A stretch of 46,896 nt of DNA from Desulfomonilia bacterium (GCA_050014195.1 JBEKDT010000022.1:1-46896), one strand, 5' to 3'. Shown: positions 29,293-39,265, counted from the stretch's first letter. Notes: a model not told the origin generated them from the letters alone. Numbers and translations: made by a program.

Positions 29293-29314
29293 ACCTCATC
29301 AGAAAGGAGTTACA

Positions 29315-29815
29315 ATGAAAAGAACAAGCCTCCTCGCTGCTCTCTGCATGATCGGACTGCTCATGCTTCCACTCACAGGGATGGCCAAGATGGTCCCCCT
29401 GTCGGATGACCAGTTAAGCGAGGTCATTGGTCAGGCAGGATTCGCCGAAGATACCACTGCGACATTCAACTCTACTATAGCCAACATGCCGGCGATGGGT
29501 GGGATTTTAAATTATAGCGACGTAACGATCCAGGGCTCCGTAACCTCAAGGAATTCCACCACTACAGATACAAGCCTGGTTAATCAATTAACCAGCCCCG
29601 GAATTCCTGGTCTCGGGATGATGGGCCTCGGGATGATGGGCCTTGGGTCAATGGGCCTCGGTACGCACCTGATCGATATGACCATCAACATCGACCGGTT
29701 TTCTATCGGTGCCATTCGCGTCGGAAACGATACGACCGGTCCAAGCCTTGGCGATCTTGTCATAGCCGGATTTCATGCAGATATCAAAGGTACAGTATCA
29801 GTCACGGCGCATTGA
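29315..29815 (+). CDS. Secreted DUF6160/FilA-like protein
   Basis: RBS AAGGAG, signal peptide, MVPLSDDQLSEVIGQAG motif, beta-rich C-terminus. Confidence 0.65.
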   Translation: MKRTSLLAALCMIGLLMLPLTGMAKMVPLSDDQLSEVIGQAGFAEDTTATFNSTIANMPAMGGILNYSDVTIQGSVTSRNSTTTDTSLVNQLTSPGIPGLGMMGLGMMGLGSMGLGTHLIDMTINIDRFSIGAIRVGNDTTGPSLGDLVIAGFHADIKGTVSVTAH

Positions 29816-29902
29816 AGCGCATGATGTTACTCTTTTACCCCCCCATTTTCCCTAGCTGTCTTATCGAACCGCCTCCATGAGGTAATCTTAACGAGGATGG
29901 CT

Positions 29903-30703
29903 TTATTGACGGATGAGCCTTGCCCGGTCGATATCATCGGGCCCGATGGGCTGTGTACGCCGAAGCGGGTTTATGTCGATCCCGCCCCGCCTTGTGTAGA
30001 AACACCTCACTGAAAGCATATCCGGCGAGCATCTTTCCATGAGATCGATAAATATCTGCTCGCAAACCTCCTCTGCAAAACCCTCGTGATCCCGGTATGA
30101 ACAGAGATATTTCATAAGAGATTCATGATCAATGGTCTTTCCCCGGTAGCGTATAGCCACACTCGCCCAGTCCGGCTGCCCTGTAATGGGGCAATTGGTC
30201 TTCAACAAATCTGAGTAGAGGGCTTCATCTAATAAGCCTGGTTCGCATGATAGGAGGTTCGGGTCTTTTTGGTAGGTGTCGATATTACTATCCAGGGTGT
30301 CCAGGCATATACCTTCGGGATGCGGCAGGCAGATCATTTGAGGAAAATTCTCCTGCCCTATGATATGCACCGAGATCCACTCGGGTACAAGGAGATGCTC
30401 AAGATCTTCTCTGATGGTATTCTCAAGTGCTGCGGCCATGCTGAATCTCTCATATGAGAGGCCGCTGAGATAGAGTTTAAGTGATTTCGACTCCACGATG
30501 CACCTGCTCTGAACCGGGTAGACGACCTCGAGGATACCTGCCTGTGGCTTGCCTTTGTCGTTCAGCCATGAGAGTTCGTAAGAGCGCCAGAGGTCATACC
30601 CGTAGATCGTAACCGGGTAAGTCTTTCTGGGGATGGGATAAAGCACGGAAGTGTCGCGGCGCTTTGGCTGAGAGACCTTTTCCCCAAGTGGAAGCTCACT
30701 CAT
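29903..30703 (-). CDS. queF: NADPH-dependent preQ0 reductase (bimodular)
   Basis: YELSWLN, VESKSLKLYL, CPITGQPDWA, YTRRGGIDINP. Confidence 0.93.
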   Translation of the reverse strand: MSELPLGEKVSQPKRRDTSVLYPIPRKTYPVTIYGYDLWRSYELSWLNDKGKPQAGILEVVYPVQSRCIVESKSLKLYLSGLSYERFSMAAALENTIREDLEHLLVPEWISVHIIGQENFPQMICLPHPEGICLDTLDSNIDTYQKDPNLLSCEPGLLDEALYSDLLKTNCPITGQPDWASVAIRYRGKTIDHESLMKYLCSYRDHEGFAEEVCEQIFIDLMERCSPDMLSVRCFYTRRGGIDINPLRRTQPIGPDDIDRARLIRQ

Positions 30704-31362
30704 CCAAGGTACCTCGTGGGGTCAAGACCCGCATCAAACTCCAGGGCGTATTTCCTCTCAAGACAGGTGGCACATGTTCCGCAATGCAGATCCAAACCCT
30801 TGTAGCACGACCATGTCCTGGTGAAATCGAAATTCAGCTCCCTGCCGATATTAGCTATCTGTCTCTTGTCAAACCCTGCAAACGGCGCCTCTATCTTCAC
30901 CTTGGTGAAGGTGCCGAGTGCGGCAGCCTGCGACATGGCTTCGGTAAATGGTAATGTGCAGTCAGGATAGATGGGATGGTCACCCGAGTGGGATGCGATG
31001 AGCACAAGAGGGATCTGATGTGTCTCTGCATAGCCAGTGGCAACGGCAAGCATGATCCCGTTCCTGAAGGGGACCACGGTGGATGAAATGGAATCGGTCC
31101 TGTAGGGGCCATCGGGTATCTTTTCACCCGACTTCAGCAGACTGGAGGAGAAGAGAGTGTTGATAAAGCTCAGCTCGACCTTTGTAAAGGCAGCATTATA
31201 TGCATTTGCAAGTTTTTCTGCAAACATGAGCTCTTTTGCAGCATGCTTTGATCCATAATCAAAGCTCAAGGCATGCATGCGCCCGAAGCGGGTCCTTGCC
31301 CATGCCAGCATAACGCCCGAGTCCATACCGCCGGAGAGCAGGAGTACCGCATCATTCATCAT
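30700..31362 (-). CDS. queC: 7-cyano-7-deazaguanine synthase
   Basis: LLSGGMDS, VPFRN, YPDC, TWSCY...CGTCATC. Confidence 0.95.
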   Translation of the reverse strand: MMNDAVLLLSGGMDSGVMLAWARTRFGRMHALSFDYGSKHAAKELMFAEKLANAYNAAFTKVELSFINTLFSSSLLKSGEKIPDGPYRTDSISSTVVPFRNGIMLAVATGYAETHQIPLVLIASHSGDHPIYPDCTLPFTEAMSQAAALGTFTKVKIEAPFAGFDKRQIANIGRELNFDFTRTWSCYKGLDLHCGTCATCLERKYALEFDAGLDPTRYLG

Positions 31363-31994
31363 ACACCTCTTTTATCATCAAAGATAAGCACATGGAGCCG
31401 TGGGGTCATGCGGTAGCCATGCTCCCTGCAGAAGGTAAACACCATCTCCATCCTCTTAAGCTGATCCTCCCTGGTCTTGCCAAGGGGCATGATGAGCACC
31501 TGCTCTCTCGCGATGGTATGTTGCCTCACAAACTCTTCGATCTCGCTCAACGATTCCGCATCATCAGCCACAAATTTGAAGTAATGGGCCTTGCCTATGT
31601 TTCCCAAAGGGAGATGCCATTTTCCATCAATGTATTTAGGGCTCATTACAATAATTGCATCCTCAAGGTTTGGAATGTCAACCTTGCCGCTCGTTTCATA
31701 AAAGATGCGGTATCCGCTTTTGACAAGCACAGAGTGAAGATCCTTGAGCCCGGATCCCCATTGGAGGAATGGTTCCCCCCCGGTGATGACCACATCTTTG
31801 CAAACATAATTATTCATCAGAGAGAAAATCTCATCAGTACCCATTTCAGTGTATTCATGCCATGCATATTCAGTGTCGCACCATGGGCACAAGGGCTCGA
31901 TACATCCACCGAGACGGATGAATATGGCGGGCAGGCCGATGAAAGGCCCTTCACCCTGGAGGGAATAAAAGATCTCGGTTACCACCAGCCTCAT
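31359..31994 (-). CDS. queE: 7-carboxy-7-deazaguanine synthase (radical SAM)
   Basis: EIFYSLQGEG, C...CPWCDT, TGGEP, PRLH. Confidence 0.92.
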   Translation of the reverse strand: MRLVVTEIFYSLQGEGPFIGLPAIFIRLGGCIEPLCPWCDTEYAWHEYTEMGTDEIFSLMNNYVCKDVVITGGEPFLQWGSGLKDLHSVLVKSGYRIFYETSGKVDIPNLEDAIIVMSPKYIDGKWHLPLGNIGKAHYFKFVADDAESLSEIEEFVRQHTIAREQVLIMPLGKTREDQLKRMEMVFTFCREHGYRMTPRLHVLIFDDKRGV

Positions 31995-32231
31995 GCTACC
32001 TCAGATTAGACTCCCTTATGCTACGCATAAGAAGCTTGCATGACAAGCTAAGTATACTCTGCGGCATGCTTCGTCAAGGAGCTCACCCGGAAGGGAAGTG
32101 AGTTAAATAATGAGAATACCCTAGAACGGGGAGTGCTCCATTGTTACGGGACTTATCAGATAAGCATTCACATGATTTGCATTTTTGTGCTAGTAATACA
32201 TAAGTCATTACCGTCAGGATAGGGAGATACT

Positions 32232-32915
32232 ATGAAGATCATTGAAGATGCACTGAAAAGAGGCGACAAGGCCCTCAACGAGTATGAATCCAAGCGCCTC
32301 CTGGATGCCTATTCCATCCCGGTGACCAAGGAGTTCGTTGCAACCAGCATCAAGGATGCCATCTCTTACGCTAAGGAGATCGGCTACCCGGTAGTGCTCA
32401 AGGGATCTTCCCGCACGTTGACCCACAAGACCGAGCACAAGCTCATCGAGCTCGGCATTGATAGTGATCAGGCCCTTGAGAAGGCATATAATGCACTTCA
32501 AGAGCGCGGCAAGGGCCAGCTTGACGGAATTCTTGTCCAGCAGATGGTCAAGGGCGAGCGTGAGCTGGTGGCAGGCCTCATCCGCGACCCCCAGTTCGGC
32601 CCCTGTGTGATGTTCGGACTCGGAGGCATCTTCACCGAGGTGTTGAAGGATGTCACCTTCAGGGTTGCGCCCCTGGAGATGCGGGATGCGCTGGAGATGA
32701 TGGACGAGATTAGGGCCAGGAAGCTCCTGGACGCCTTCAGGGGCAAGCCGGCCGTGAATAGGGACGTCCTTGCAAAGGCGCTGATCAACCTCGGGAGGAT
32801 CGGGCTCGAGATCGATGAGGTGGCCGAGATCGATATCAACCCGCTCATCATCCACGAAGACATGCCCATTGCCGTGGATGCCCTGGTGATATTGAGGAAT
32901 CCCAAGGCATCGTAA
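32232..32915 (+). CDS. ADP-forming acyl/acetate--CoA ligase beta subunit (ATP-grasp)
   Basis: GYPVVLK, HKTE, RDPQFGP, GLGGIFTE, EIDINPL. Confidence 0.88.
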   Translation: MKIIEDALKRGDKALNEYESKRLLDAYSIPVTKEFVATSIKDAISYAKEIGYPVVLKGSSRTLTHKTEHKLIELGIDSDQALEKAYNALQERGKGQLDGILVQQMVKGERELVAGLIRDPQFGPCVMFGLGGIFTEVLKDVTFRVAPLEMRDALEMMDEIRARKLLDAFRGKPAVNRDVLAKALINLGRIGLEIDEVAEIDINPLIIHEDMPIAVDALVILRNPKAS

Positions 32916-32921
32916 AAGCGA

Positions 32922-33872
32922 ATGCCGCTTTTCCCTGAGCACGCGCTTTTCATGGCTCCCATGGTGGATTTAAGCCATGCGGCTTATCAGGAGCTCGTGC
33001 GTTCGTTTTCGGGCTGTGACCTTTTCTACTCCGAGATGCTCAATGCCCGCATCGTGCCGGGGGAGAAGCCCGGAACCTCTTCCTATCTGAAATGGACCAG
33101 GCTTGATGACCTCATCTTTCAGATTGCAGGCAATGACATTGAAAAGATGCAGGAGTCCGCAGCCAAACTCGACGGTTTTGGACCATTTGGTATAGATATC
33201 AACATGGGATGCTGGCTCAACAAGGTTACCTGCCACGGCTGGGGTGCCGGACTCTTGAAGGACCCATCCAGGGCTCAGGAAGTGGTTGCGGCGGTGAGGA
33301 AGACGGTCGATCGCCCCCTGTCCGTAAAGATGAGGATCGGTTACAGCCCTGATGTAAAGGCCATGCTGGAGTTTGCCTCCATGCTGGTGGAATCTGGGGT
33401 CGACTTCATCGTACTCCATGCCCGGACCGTGGAAGACGGCATGTCGCGAAAAGCAAAATGGGAGTACATCGCCGCCCTTAAGGATGCAGTGGATATACCG
33501 GTGGTGGGTAACGGCGATGTCAGGTCTGCCCGGGATGCCCAGGAGATGTTCAGGCTGACCGGGTGCGACGCTGTGATGGCGGGCAGGCAGGCCGTGATCC
33601 AGCCCTGGATCTTCCGTGACATCAAGGCGCTCCTTGCAGGTGGTGACCCGGATAATCCACCCTCACTCATGGATGTGATGCTCGATCTGCACCGGCTTCT
33701 TGGTGTCCATTTCCCGCCGGATGTGGCGCTCAAGCGGTTCAAGACCGCTATTGCCTGGTTGTCTCAGAACCTCACCTTCGGCCACCACCTGACCAAGAGC
33801 ATCGGCAGGGAGAAGACTTTTGTGGGGGCAAGGACCTGTATAGAAAACTCCTTCAAGCTTGGTATTACCTGA
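32922..33872 (+). CDS. tRNA-dihydrouridine synthase family protein
   Basis: MAPM, DINMGC, SVKMR, HART, GNGDV. Confidence 0.88.
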   Translation: MPLFPEHALFMAPMVDLSHAAYQELVRSFSGCDLFYSEMLNARIVPGEKPGTSSYLKWTRLDDLIFQIAGNDIEKMQESAAKLDGFGPFGIDINMGCWLNKVTCHGWGAGLLKDPSRAQEVVAAVRKTVDRPLSVKMRIGYSPDVKAMLEFASMLVESGVDFIVLHARTVEDGMSRKAKWEYIAALKDAVDIPVVGNGDVRSARDAQEMFRLTGCDAVMAGRQAVIQPWIFRDIKALLAGGDPDNPPSLMDVMLDLHRLLGVHFPPDVALKRFKTAIAWLSQNLTFGHHLTKSIGREKTFVGARTCIENSFKLGIT

Positions 33873-33967
33873 TCGGCGCTTGAATTTTTTTTTAAAGCCT
33901 GTATATGTTTTTCTTCGGTATCTTAACCTTTCCGGTACCTATTCTTCCCCATGTCAAGGAGTGATAC

Positions 33968-35173
33968 ATGAAACAGATCGATCTGATGAAAGAACTCCAT
34001 ATCCCATCCGACAAGAAGATACTCATGCTCGTGCTGGACGGTCTCGGAGGGCTGCCGAATGAGAAAGGCTTAACAGAGCTCGAGGCAGCCCATACCCCGA
34101 ACATGGACAAGCTCTGCAAGGAGTCGATCTGCGGGCTGTCCACCCCTGTTGCCGTGGGCGTTACTCCGGGAAGCGGACCAGGCCACCTTGGACTGTTCGG
34201 ATATGATCCCCTGGAGTATCAGATCGGCAGAGGGGTGCTCGAGGCCCTGGGCATAGGGCTTGTGTTGACACCCAACAGCCTGGCTGCCCGTGGTAACTTC
34301 TGCACCCTTGACCCGGCAACGGGTGTGATCACCGACCGGAGGGCGGGAAGGATACCCACTGAGAAGTGCTCAGAGCTCGTGAACAAGCTCAAGGCCATTA
34401 CTCTGGAAGGGGTAAAGATCACCCTTGAGCCTGTTAAGGATTACCGCTTCGCCCTCATCCTCGATGGAGACGGCCTCGAAGAAGGCCTCAGCGAGACTGA
34501 CCCTCAGAAGACAGGTCTCAAGCCATTGAAGGTCGAGCCGCTCCATGCAGGGGCAAAGAAGAGCGCCCGGCTCTTAAACGCATGGATCGAGAAGGCCTTT
34601 GCCGTGCTCAAGGATGAAAAGCCTGCCAACGGGTGCACATTGAGGGGCATAGCCAAAGATCCCGGCCTGCCATCCTACAAACAGGTCTTTGGTCTCAAGT
34701 CATGCGCCATCGCCACATACCCCATGTACAAGGGGCTTGCCCGCCTTGTCGGCATGGACGTGCTGGATGCCGGTGAGACGCTGGCCAGCGAGGTGAAGAC
34801 GTTGAAGGATTCCTGGTCAAAATATGATTTCTTCTTCTTCCATGTGAAGAAGACGGACTCGGCCGGCGAAGACGGCAACTTCGACGCAAAGGTCAAGGTA
34901 ATCGAGGAGGCGGATGCGCTTATCCCGGAGATCATGGCATTGAGACCGGATGTCGTGCTCATAACCGGAGATCACTCCACGCCCTCGGCCCTGAAATCGC
35001 ACTCATGGCACGAGCTTCCCGTGTTGCTGTACGCCAACAACATTCGCAAAGACGCCGTTAAAGAGTTCGGTGAGCGGGCATGCATGGCCGGAGGGCTCGG
35101 CCATATCCGACATGTGGACCTCATGCCTCTGGCTATGGCGCACGCCGAGAAACTCACCAAGTATGGTGCATAG
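33968..35173 (+). CDS. apgM: 2,3-bisphosphoglycerate-independent phosphoglycerate mutase (ApgM type)
   Basis: LDGLGG, PGSGPGHL, DRRAGRI, KKTDSAGEDG, TGDHSTP. Confidence 0.92.
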   Translation: MKQIDLMKELHIPSDKKILMLVLDGLGGLPNEKGLTELEAAHTPNMDKLCKESICGLSTPVAVGVTPGSGPGHLGLFGYDPLEYQIGRGVLEALGIGLVLTPNSLAARGNFCTLDPATGVITDRRAGRIPTEKCSELVNKLKAITLEGVKITLEPVKDYRFALILDGDGLEEGLSETDPQKTGLKPLKVEPLHAGAKKSARLLNAWIEKAFAVLKDEKPANGCTLRGIAKDPGLPSYKQVFGLKSCAIATYPMYKGLARLVGMDVLDAGETLASEVKTLKDSWSKYDFFFFHVKKTDSAGEDGNFDAKVKVIEEADALIPEIMALRPDVVLITGDHSTPSALKSHSWHELPVLLYANNIRKDAVKEFGERACMAGGLGHIRHVDLMPLAMAHAEKLTKYGA

Positions 35174-35191
35174 ACGAGGAGGTCGATATCA

Positions 35192-36298
35192 TTGAAGTCG
35201 AAAACACGAGTTGCTATCATCTTTGGCGGTGTCTCTACAGAGCACGATGTATCCATAGTCTCTGCCAACTCCATTGCCCGCAGCATTGACACGAATCTGT
35301 TCGATCCGGTTTATGTGGGCATCGATAAAGACGGCAGATGGCTGCTCGGCCAAGGCGCCTTTGACAGCCTCCGCAGCGGTAAGATAGCGAATGCCGAACC
35401 TGTCATCCTCTCCACGGACCCCGATAAGAAGGGCTTTTACCACCTGGATTCCAGGAAGGTCACTACTGCAGACGTCATGTTCCCTGTCCTCCATGGCCCC
35501 CGCGGTGAAGACGGAACCATCCAGGGGCTTTTTGAGCTTGCCGGACTCGCATACGTGGGATGCGACACCATGGCATCGGCCATCGCCATGGACAAGGATA
35601 TGACAAAAAGGGTTCTGGCGCAGCACGGTATCCCTGTGGTGAAAGGGACATGTGTGACCAGGTGGATGTGGGATACAGACCGTGATGAGGTGCTCAAGGA
35701 GATCAATGAAACGCTCCCATTTCCCCTGTTCGTCAAGCCCGCCACCATGGGATCGAGCATCGGAGTAAGCAAGGCCGGTTCAGAAGAGGATATCATCAAG
35801 GCCCTTGGTTACGCCTTGAGCTTCTCCGCCAAGGCCGTGGTGGAGCTGGCTGTGGACAAGCCTATGGAAGTGGAGATTGCAGTCCTTGGAAACAACGAGC
35901 CCAAGGCCTCAATCCCCGGCCAGGTCATCCCGAGCGGCGATTTTTATGATTTCAACGCCAAGTATGTGGACAATTCGAGCGAGCTCATCATCCCTGCAAG
36001 GATCGGCAAAGCCCTGAGCGAGGAGATGCAGTTCGCGGCAGTGGACGCCTTTGTGGCTATCGGCGGCACGGGCATGGCCCGCATCGATTTCCTCGTGTCG
36101 CATGACTCTTTCTATTTGAACGAGATCAACACCATCCCGGGCTTCACCAGCATCTCTATGTACCCGAAGCTCTGGGAGGCGACAGGCATACCCTATTCCA
36201 ACCTGATCACCAAACTCATCGAGCTGGCGCTTAAGAGACATGCGATCAGCCAGTCGCTCACCAAGACCATCAGGTTGGAGAAGGGGCTGGGGGTATGA
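35192..36298 (+). CDS. ddl: D-alanine--D-alanine ligase
   Basis: GGVSTEHDVS, LHGPRGEDG, GSSIG, YDFNAKY, NEINTIPGFT. Confidence 0.95.
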   Translation: MKSKTRVAIIFGGVSTEHDVSIVSANSIARSIDTNLFDPVYVGIDKDGRWLLGQGAFDSLRSGKIANAEPVILSTDPDKKGFYHLDSRKVTTADVMFPVLHGPRGEDGTIQGLFELAGLAYVGCDTMASAIAMDKDMTKRVLAQHGIPVVKGTCVTRWMWDTDRDEVLKEINETLPFPLFVKPATMGSSIGVSKAGSEEDIIKALGYALSFSAKAVVELAVDKPMEVEIAVLGNNEPKASIPGQVIPSGDFYDFNAKYVDNSSELIIPARIGKALSEEMQFAAVDAFVAIGGTGMARIDFLVSHDSFYLNEINTIPGFTSISMYPKLWEATGIPYSNLITKLIELALKRHAISQSLTKTIRLEKGLGV

Positions 36299-36400
36299 CT
36301 GTCAAGGAAGCTTAATAAGTGAGAAGTGGTCAGGCGTTTATTATTCAATAAGGACACTGTTAAATTCCTATAGTTCGATAATTATAACCAGGTTCATGCC

Positions 36401-36415
36401 TTTACAAAGATTTAC
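36401..36415 (-). promoter_or_regulatory. CpxR-type box
   Basis: TTTAC-AAAGA-TTTAC (GTAAA-N5-GTAAA on minus strand). Confidence 0.7.
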
Positions 36416-36487
36416 AATCTTCCTGTAAACAATGGAGCAACCCGAACGTCTAATTAAGAAACATGAACGAAGCACCAAGGAGGTGAT

Positions 36488-37003
36488 ATGAAGGGTACAC
36501 AAGTAACTTCCTTTGGTATTAATCCATCCCAAATCGAATCTGAGAAAAAGACAGCACAACTGATCGAGGAAGCGCCTCCATCAACGGGAAAGGAGAGGAT
36601 CCTTTTTGTAGATGATGAACCGCACATGGGAAGAATAATAAAAGAAATGCTCTGCTGCCTGGGTTATACGGTTGTTACAAAAACAAACAGCCTGGAAGCC
36701 CTGGAATTGTTTCGGGAAGACCCTAACTCATTCGACCTGGTGATAACCGACATACACATGCCGAACCTGACGGGTGAAAAGCTTGCCCTGAAACTTATGG
36801 AGACCCGTAACAATATCCCGATTATCTTTTGTACCGGAGACAGCGAATTCATCCTGGAAGATAAGGCAAAGATAGCGGGGGTTCGAGACTGTATTTTAAA
36901 ACCGTTTGGGATGCAGCTCCTGGGGGAAACCGTCAGAAAGGCGCTTGATGCGGGGATAAAAGAGTCTGTTGCCTGCTCGGATATTACATTTTTATTCCGG
37001 TGA
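36488..37003 (+). CDS. Single-domain response regulator receiver
   Basis: ILFVDDE, DLVITDIHMP, CTG, LKPF. Confidence 0.88.
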   Translation: MKGTQVTSFGINPSQIESEKKTAQLIEEAPPSTGKERILFVDDEPHMGRIIKEMLCCLGYTVVTKTNSLEALELFREDPNSFDLVITDIHMPNLTGEKLALKLMETRNNIPIIFCTGDSEFILEDKAKIAGVRDCILKPFGMQLLGETVRKALDAGIKESVACSDITFLFR

Positions 37004-37121
37004 TTATCGAGGCCTTAGCAGACATCGAAGGCAGGCATGAGTTGAATACTCGTTCTTGTGGTTCAGTATGAAAAAGTATATGCTCTGTTTTCTCCACACT
37101 TGTACTGAATCTATCCTGCCC

Positions 37122-37136
37122 TTTACAAATATTTAC
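37122..37136 (-). promoter_or_regulatory. CpxR-type box
   Basis: TTTAC-AAATA-TTTAC upstream of the Spy/CpxP-like gene. Confidence 0.75.
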
Positions 37137-37207
37137 CGTTCCCTTGTAAACGATGCATCTAGGCGGTCGTCTTCATATGCAGTTTGAAAAATTATGAAGG
37201 AGGAACT

Positions 37208-37690
37208 ATGAAAGGTAAACATTTAAAGAGGGTTATCATCGGCATACTCGCATGCTTGGCATTATTCTTTATGGCTGTGCAGGTCCAGGCAAAGGACATG
37301 CCCATGGGCAAGTGGTGGCAATGGCCGAAGCTGGCTACAGCGCTGAACCTCACGAGCGACGACAAGCAGGCCCTGGATAATCTCTTTGCCCAGAACCACA
37401 ACACCATGTCGGCTCTGGCGAGCTCTCTGAAAAAGGAACACCTTAAGCTGGAGGTCATCCTCGAGGGAAACCCAGTTGATCAAACGGCGTTGAATAACCA
37501 GTTCAGTCAGGTTGAGGCGGTGAAGCAGAATCTCGACAATGCACATCTCCAGTATATGCTCGGGGTGAGAAACATCCTCGGTCCTGATCGATTTAAACAG
37601 TTTTTTGTCAAGTTCCAGGAGATGAGGAAAAAGAGACACGGCAAGGCCGGTCATGGCGACTGGAGGAAAAAGAATAGTCAGAACCAGTAA
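37208..37690 (+). CDS. Spy/CpxP-family periplasmic protein
   Basis: Signal peptide, KWW...LNLTSDDK and ILGPDR (LTxxQ-like) motifs. Confidence 0.75.
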   Translation: MKGKHLKRVIIGILACLALFFMAVQVQAKDMPMGKWWQWPKLATALNLTSDDKQALDNLFAQNHNTMSALASSLKKEHLKLEVILEGNPVDQTALNNQFSQVEAVKQNLDNAHLQYMLGVRNILGPDRFKQFFVKFQEMRKKRHGKAGHGDWRKKNSQNQ

Positions 37691-37757
37691 GACAGGTATT
37701 CAAAGATATTCAGTCTCATCTTCATATAAATACCTAAACCTCCTCAATACCCCCTCT

Positions 37758-37787
37758 TGGGGAGCTGCAAAAGCTCCCCACTTTTTT
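37758..37787 (+). terminator. Intrinsic terminator
   Basis: TGGGGAGCT-GCAAA-AGCTCCCCA-CTTTTTT. Confidence 0.7.
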
Positions 37788-37803
37788 AAGTAAATATGAG
37801 ACT

Positions 37804-38337
37804 TCAACTGGTTGAGGTATCGCCTGAAACAGCCTTGTTCAACTCATCGATGACATTGGACATCACCTGCTTGATGTCATTTTGAGCCCCACTGGTACCA
37901 TGATGATGCCCATGATGATGCTTTGCTGAAACCGAACCTTGCTGTGTGTACTGATCGGAGCTGGATTGGGTTGGCGGCATCAGTTGCGATATGTCACCAC
38001 CATTTGCTACGTTCTGGAACTTTGTGGCCAGGTCAGAAAGGGTCTGTGCCTCAAAACCGCTCTTTCCCTGAGCCGCGCTCTGCAATTCACCGGCTATGTT
38101 GGTCATAACTTGTTTGAATTTGTCGGGGTCGGATTGCTGCAACTGCTGAAGTTGGCTGAACAACTGCGATGCTTGTGAGACATTAACCGAATCACTCTGA
38201 GATGAGCCGACCGCATCAGTCGCAGTCGCTTGAGAAGTAGCCGTATCGGATGGCGCTATCTGATTGACCGGCATCATGCCATACAACAGATAAAGGCTCA
38301 TCGATGAATCGTTGCCATTGATCCCATTTGTGTTCAT
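37804..38337 (-). CDS. Hypothetical Ser/Gln-rich protein with His-rich patch
   Basis: RBS AGGAGG; low complexity; KHHHGHHHG. Confidence 0.7.
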   Translation of the reverse strand: MNTNGINGNDSSMSLYLLYGMMPVNQIAPSDTATSQATATDAVGSSQSDSVNVSQASQLFSQLQQLQQSDPDKFKQVMTNIAGELQSAAQGKSGFEAQTLSDLATKFQNVANGGDISQLMPPTQSSSDQYTQQGSVSAKHHHGHHHGTSGAQNDIKQVMSNVIDELNKAVSGDTSTS

Positions 38338-38437
38338 GTTTCGCCTCCTGGGTGGTTCGATTTAGTTTTTATTCCACCAATATTCTCACTATCGGAGTTC
38401 ACAAAACGATATTCCTGTTAATATTTTTGTTAGTTGT

Positions 38438-38452
38438 GTAAAGATTTGTAAA
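38438..38452 (+). promoter_or_regulatory. CpxR-type box in divergent promoter
   Basis: GTAAA-GATTT-GTAAA. Confidence 0.75.
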
Positions 38453-38533
38453 GAAACATGGTTTATTGCACTTTTCCCTGATGCAATTGCAGAAATTTAT
38501 GTAAACTACTTACAAATATCTTTTAACGAGACA

Positions 38534-39265
38534 ATGGAGTTTTCCATGGAGCGCATCCTCGTAATAGATGATGACGTTGAGTTGTGTGAATTGATCAAGG
38601 AATATCTGACTCCGGAAGGTTTTCAGCTCGAGAGTGCCCATGACGGAGAACTGGGGCTTACTATGGTGTTTGAGGGTAATTACGACCTTATCGTGCTTGA
38701 TGTGATGCTGCCTGTTGGAAACGGCTTTGAGGTTCTGCGCCGTCTTCGGGCCAGAGTCAGTACGCCGGTTGTCATGCTGACGGCCCGTGGCGATGATGTA
38801 GACAGGATCATAGGATTAGAGATGGGTGCGGATGACTATTTGCCAAAACCCTTCAACCCACGCGAATTACTCGCGCGTATCCGTGCCGTACTGAGGCGTG
38901 TGAAACAGGAACCCGAAGAGAAAACATTGCCGCAGATACCCGAAGAACTGAAGGTAGGTGATGTGAAAATGGACATGAGGACGCGTGAAGTTATCCGCTC
39001 AGGTGAAAAGATTGATCTCACCACTGTCGAATTCGGTCTTCTTGGAATATTGTTACATAAGGCAGGGCGACTCGTGTCGCGCGAAGAGCTGATGCATGCA
39101 GTACTTGGCCGCTCACTTTCTCCGTATGACCGTAGCATAGATGTGCACATCAGCAAGCTGCGCAAAAAACTCGGTCATGAAGTATCGGGTAAGGAGCGAA
39201 TAAAAACAATACGCGGTGCGGGCTATCTTTATACCCCTACACCTCCATCCGACTATGACTCATAA
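38534..39265 (+). CDS. cpxR: OmpR-family response regulator, CpxR-like
   Basis: LDVMLP, GADDYLPKPFNPRELLARIRA, DRSIDVHISKLRKKL. Confidence 0.8.
   Translation: MEFSMERILVIDDDVELCELIKEYLTPEGFQLESAHDGELGLTMVFEGNYDLIVLDVMLPVGNGFEVLRRLRARVSTPVVMLTARGDDVDRIIGLEMGADDYLPKPFNPRELLARIRAVLRRVKQEPEEKTLPQIPEELKVGDVKMDMRTREVIRSGEKIDLTTVEFGLLGILLHKAGRLVSREELMHAVLGRSLSPYDRSIDVHISKLRKKLGHEVSGKERIKTIRGAGYLYTPTPPSDYDS

Noticed and set aside
29137-29409. ORFs starting MGRKATGP, including the 29237 start
   Set aside because: Translations of riboswitch sequence; the start with RBS and signal peptide is 29315
29903-31994. que genes as a 7-deazaguanine DNA-modification (dpd) island
   Set aside because: No dpdA/tgt-like or other dpd genes; queF points to tRNA queuosine synthesis
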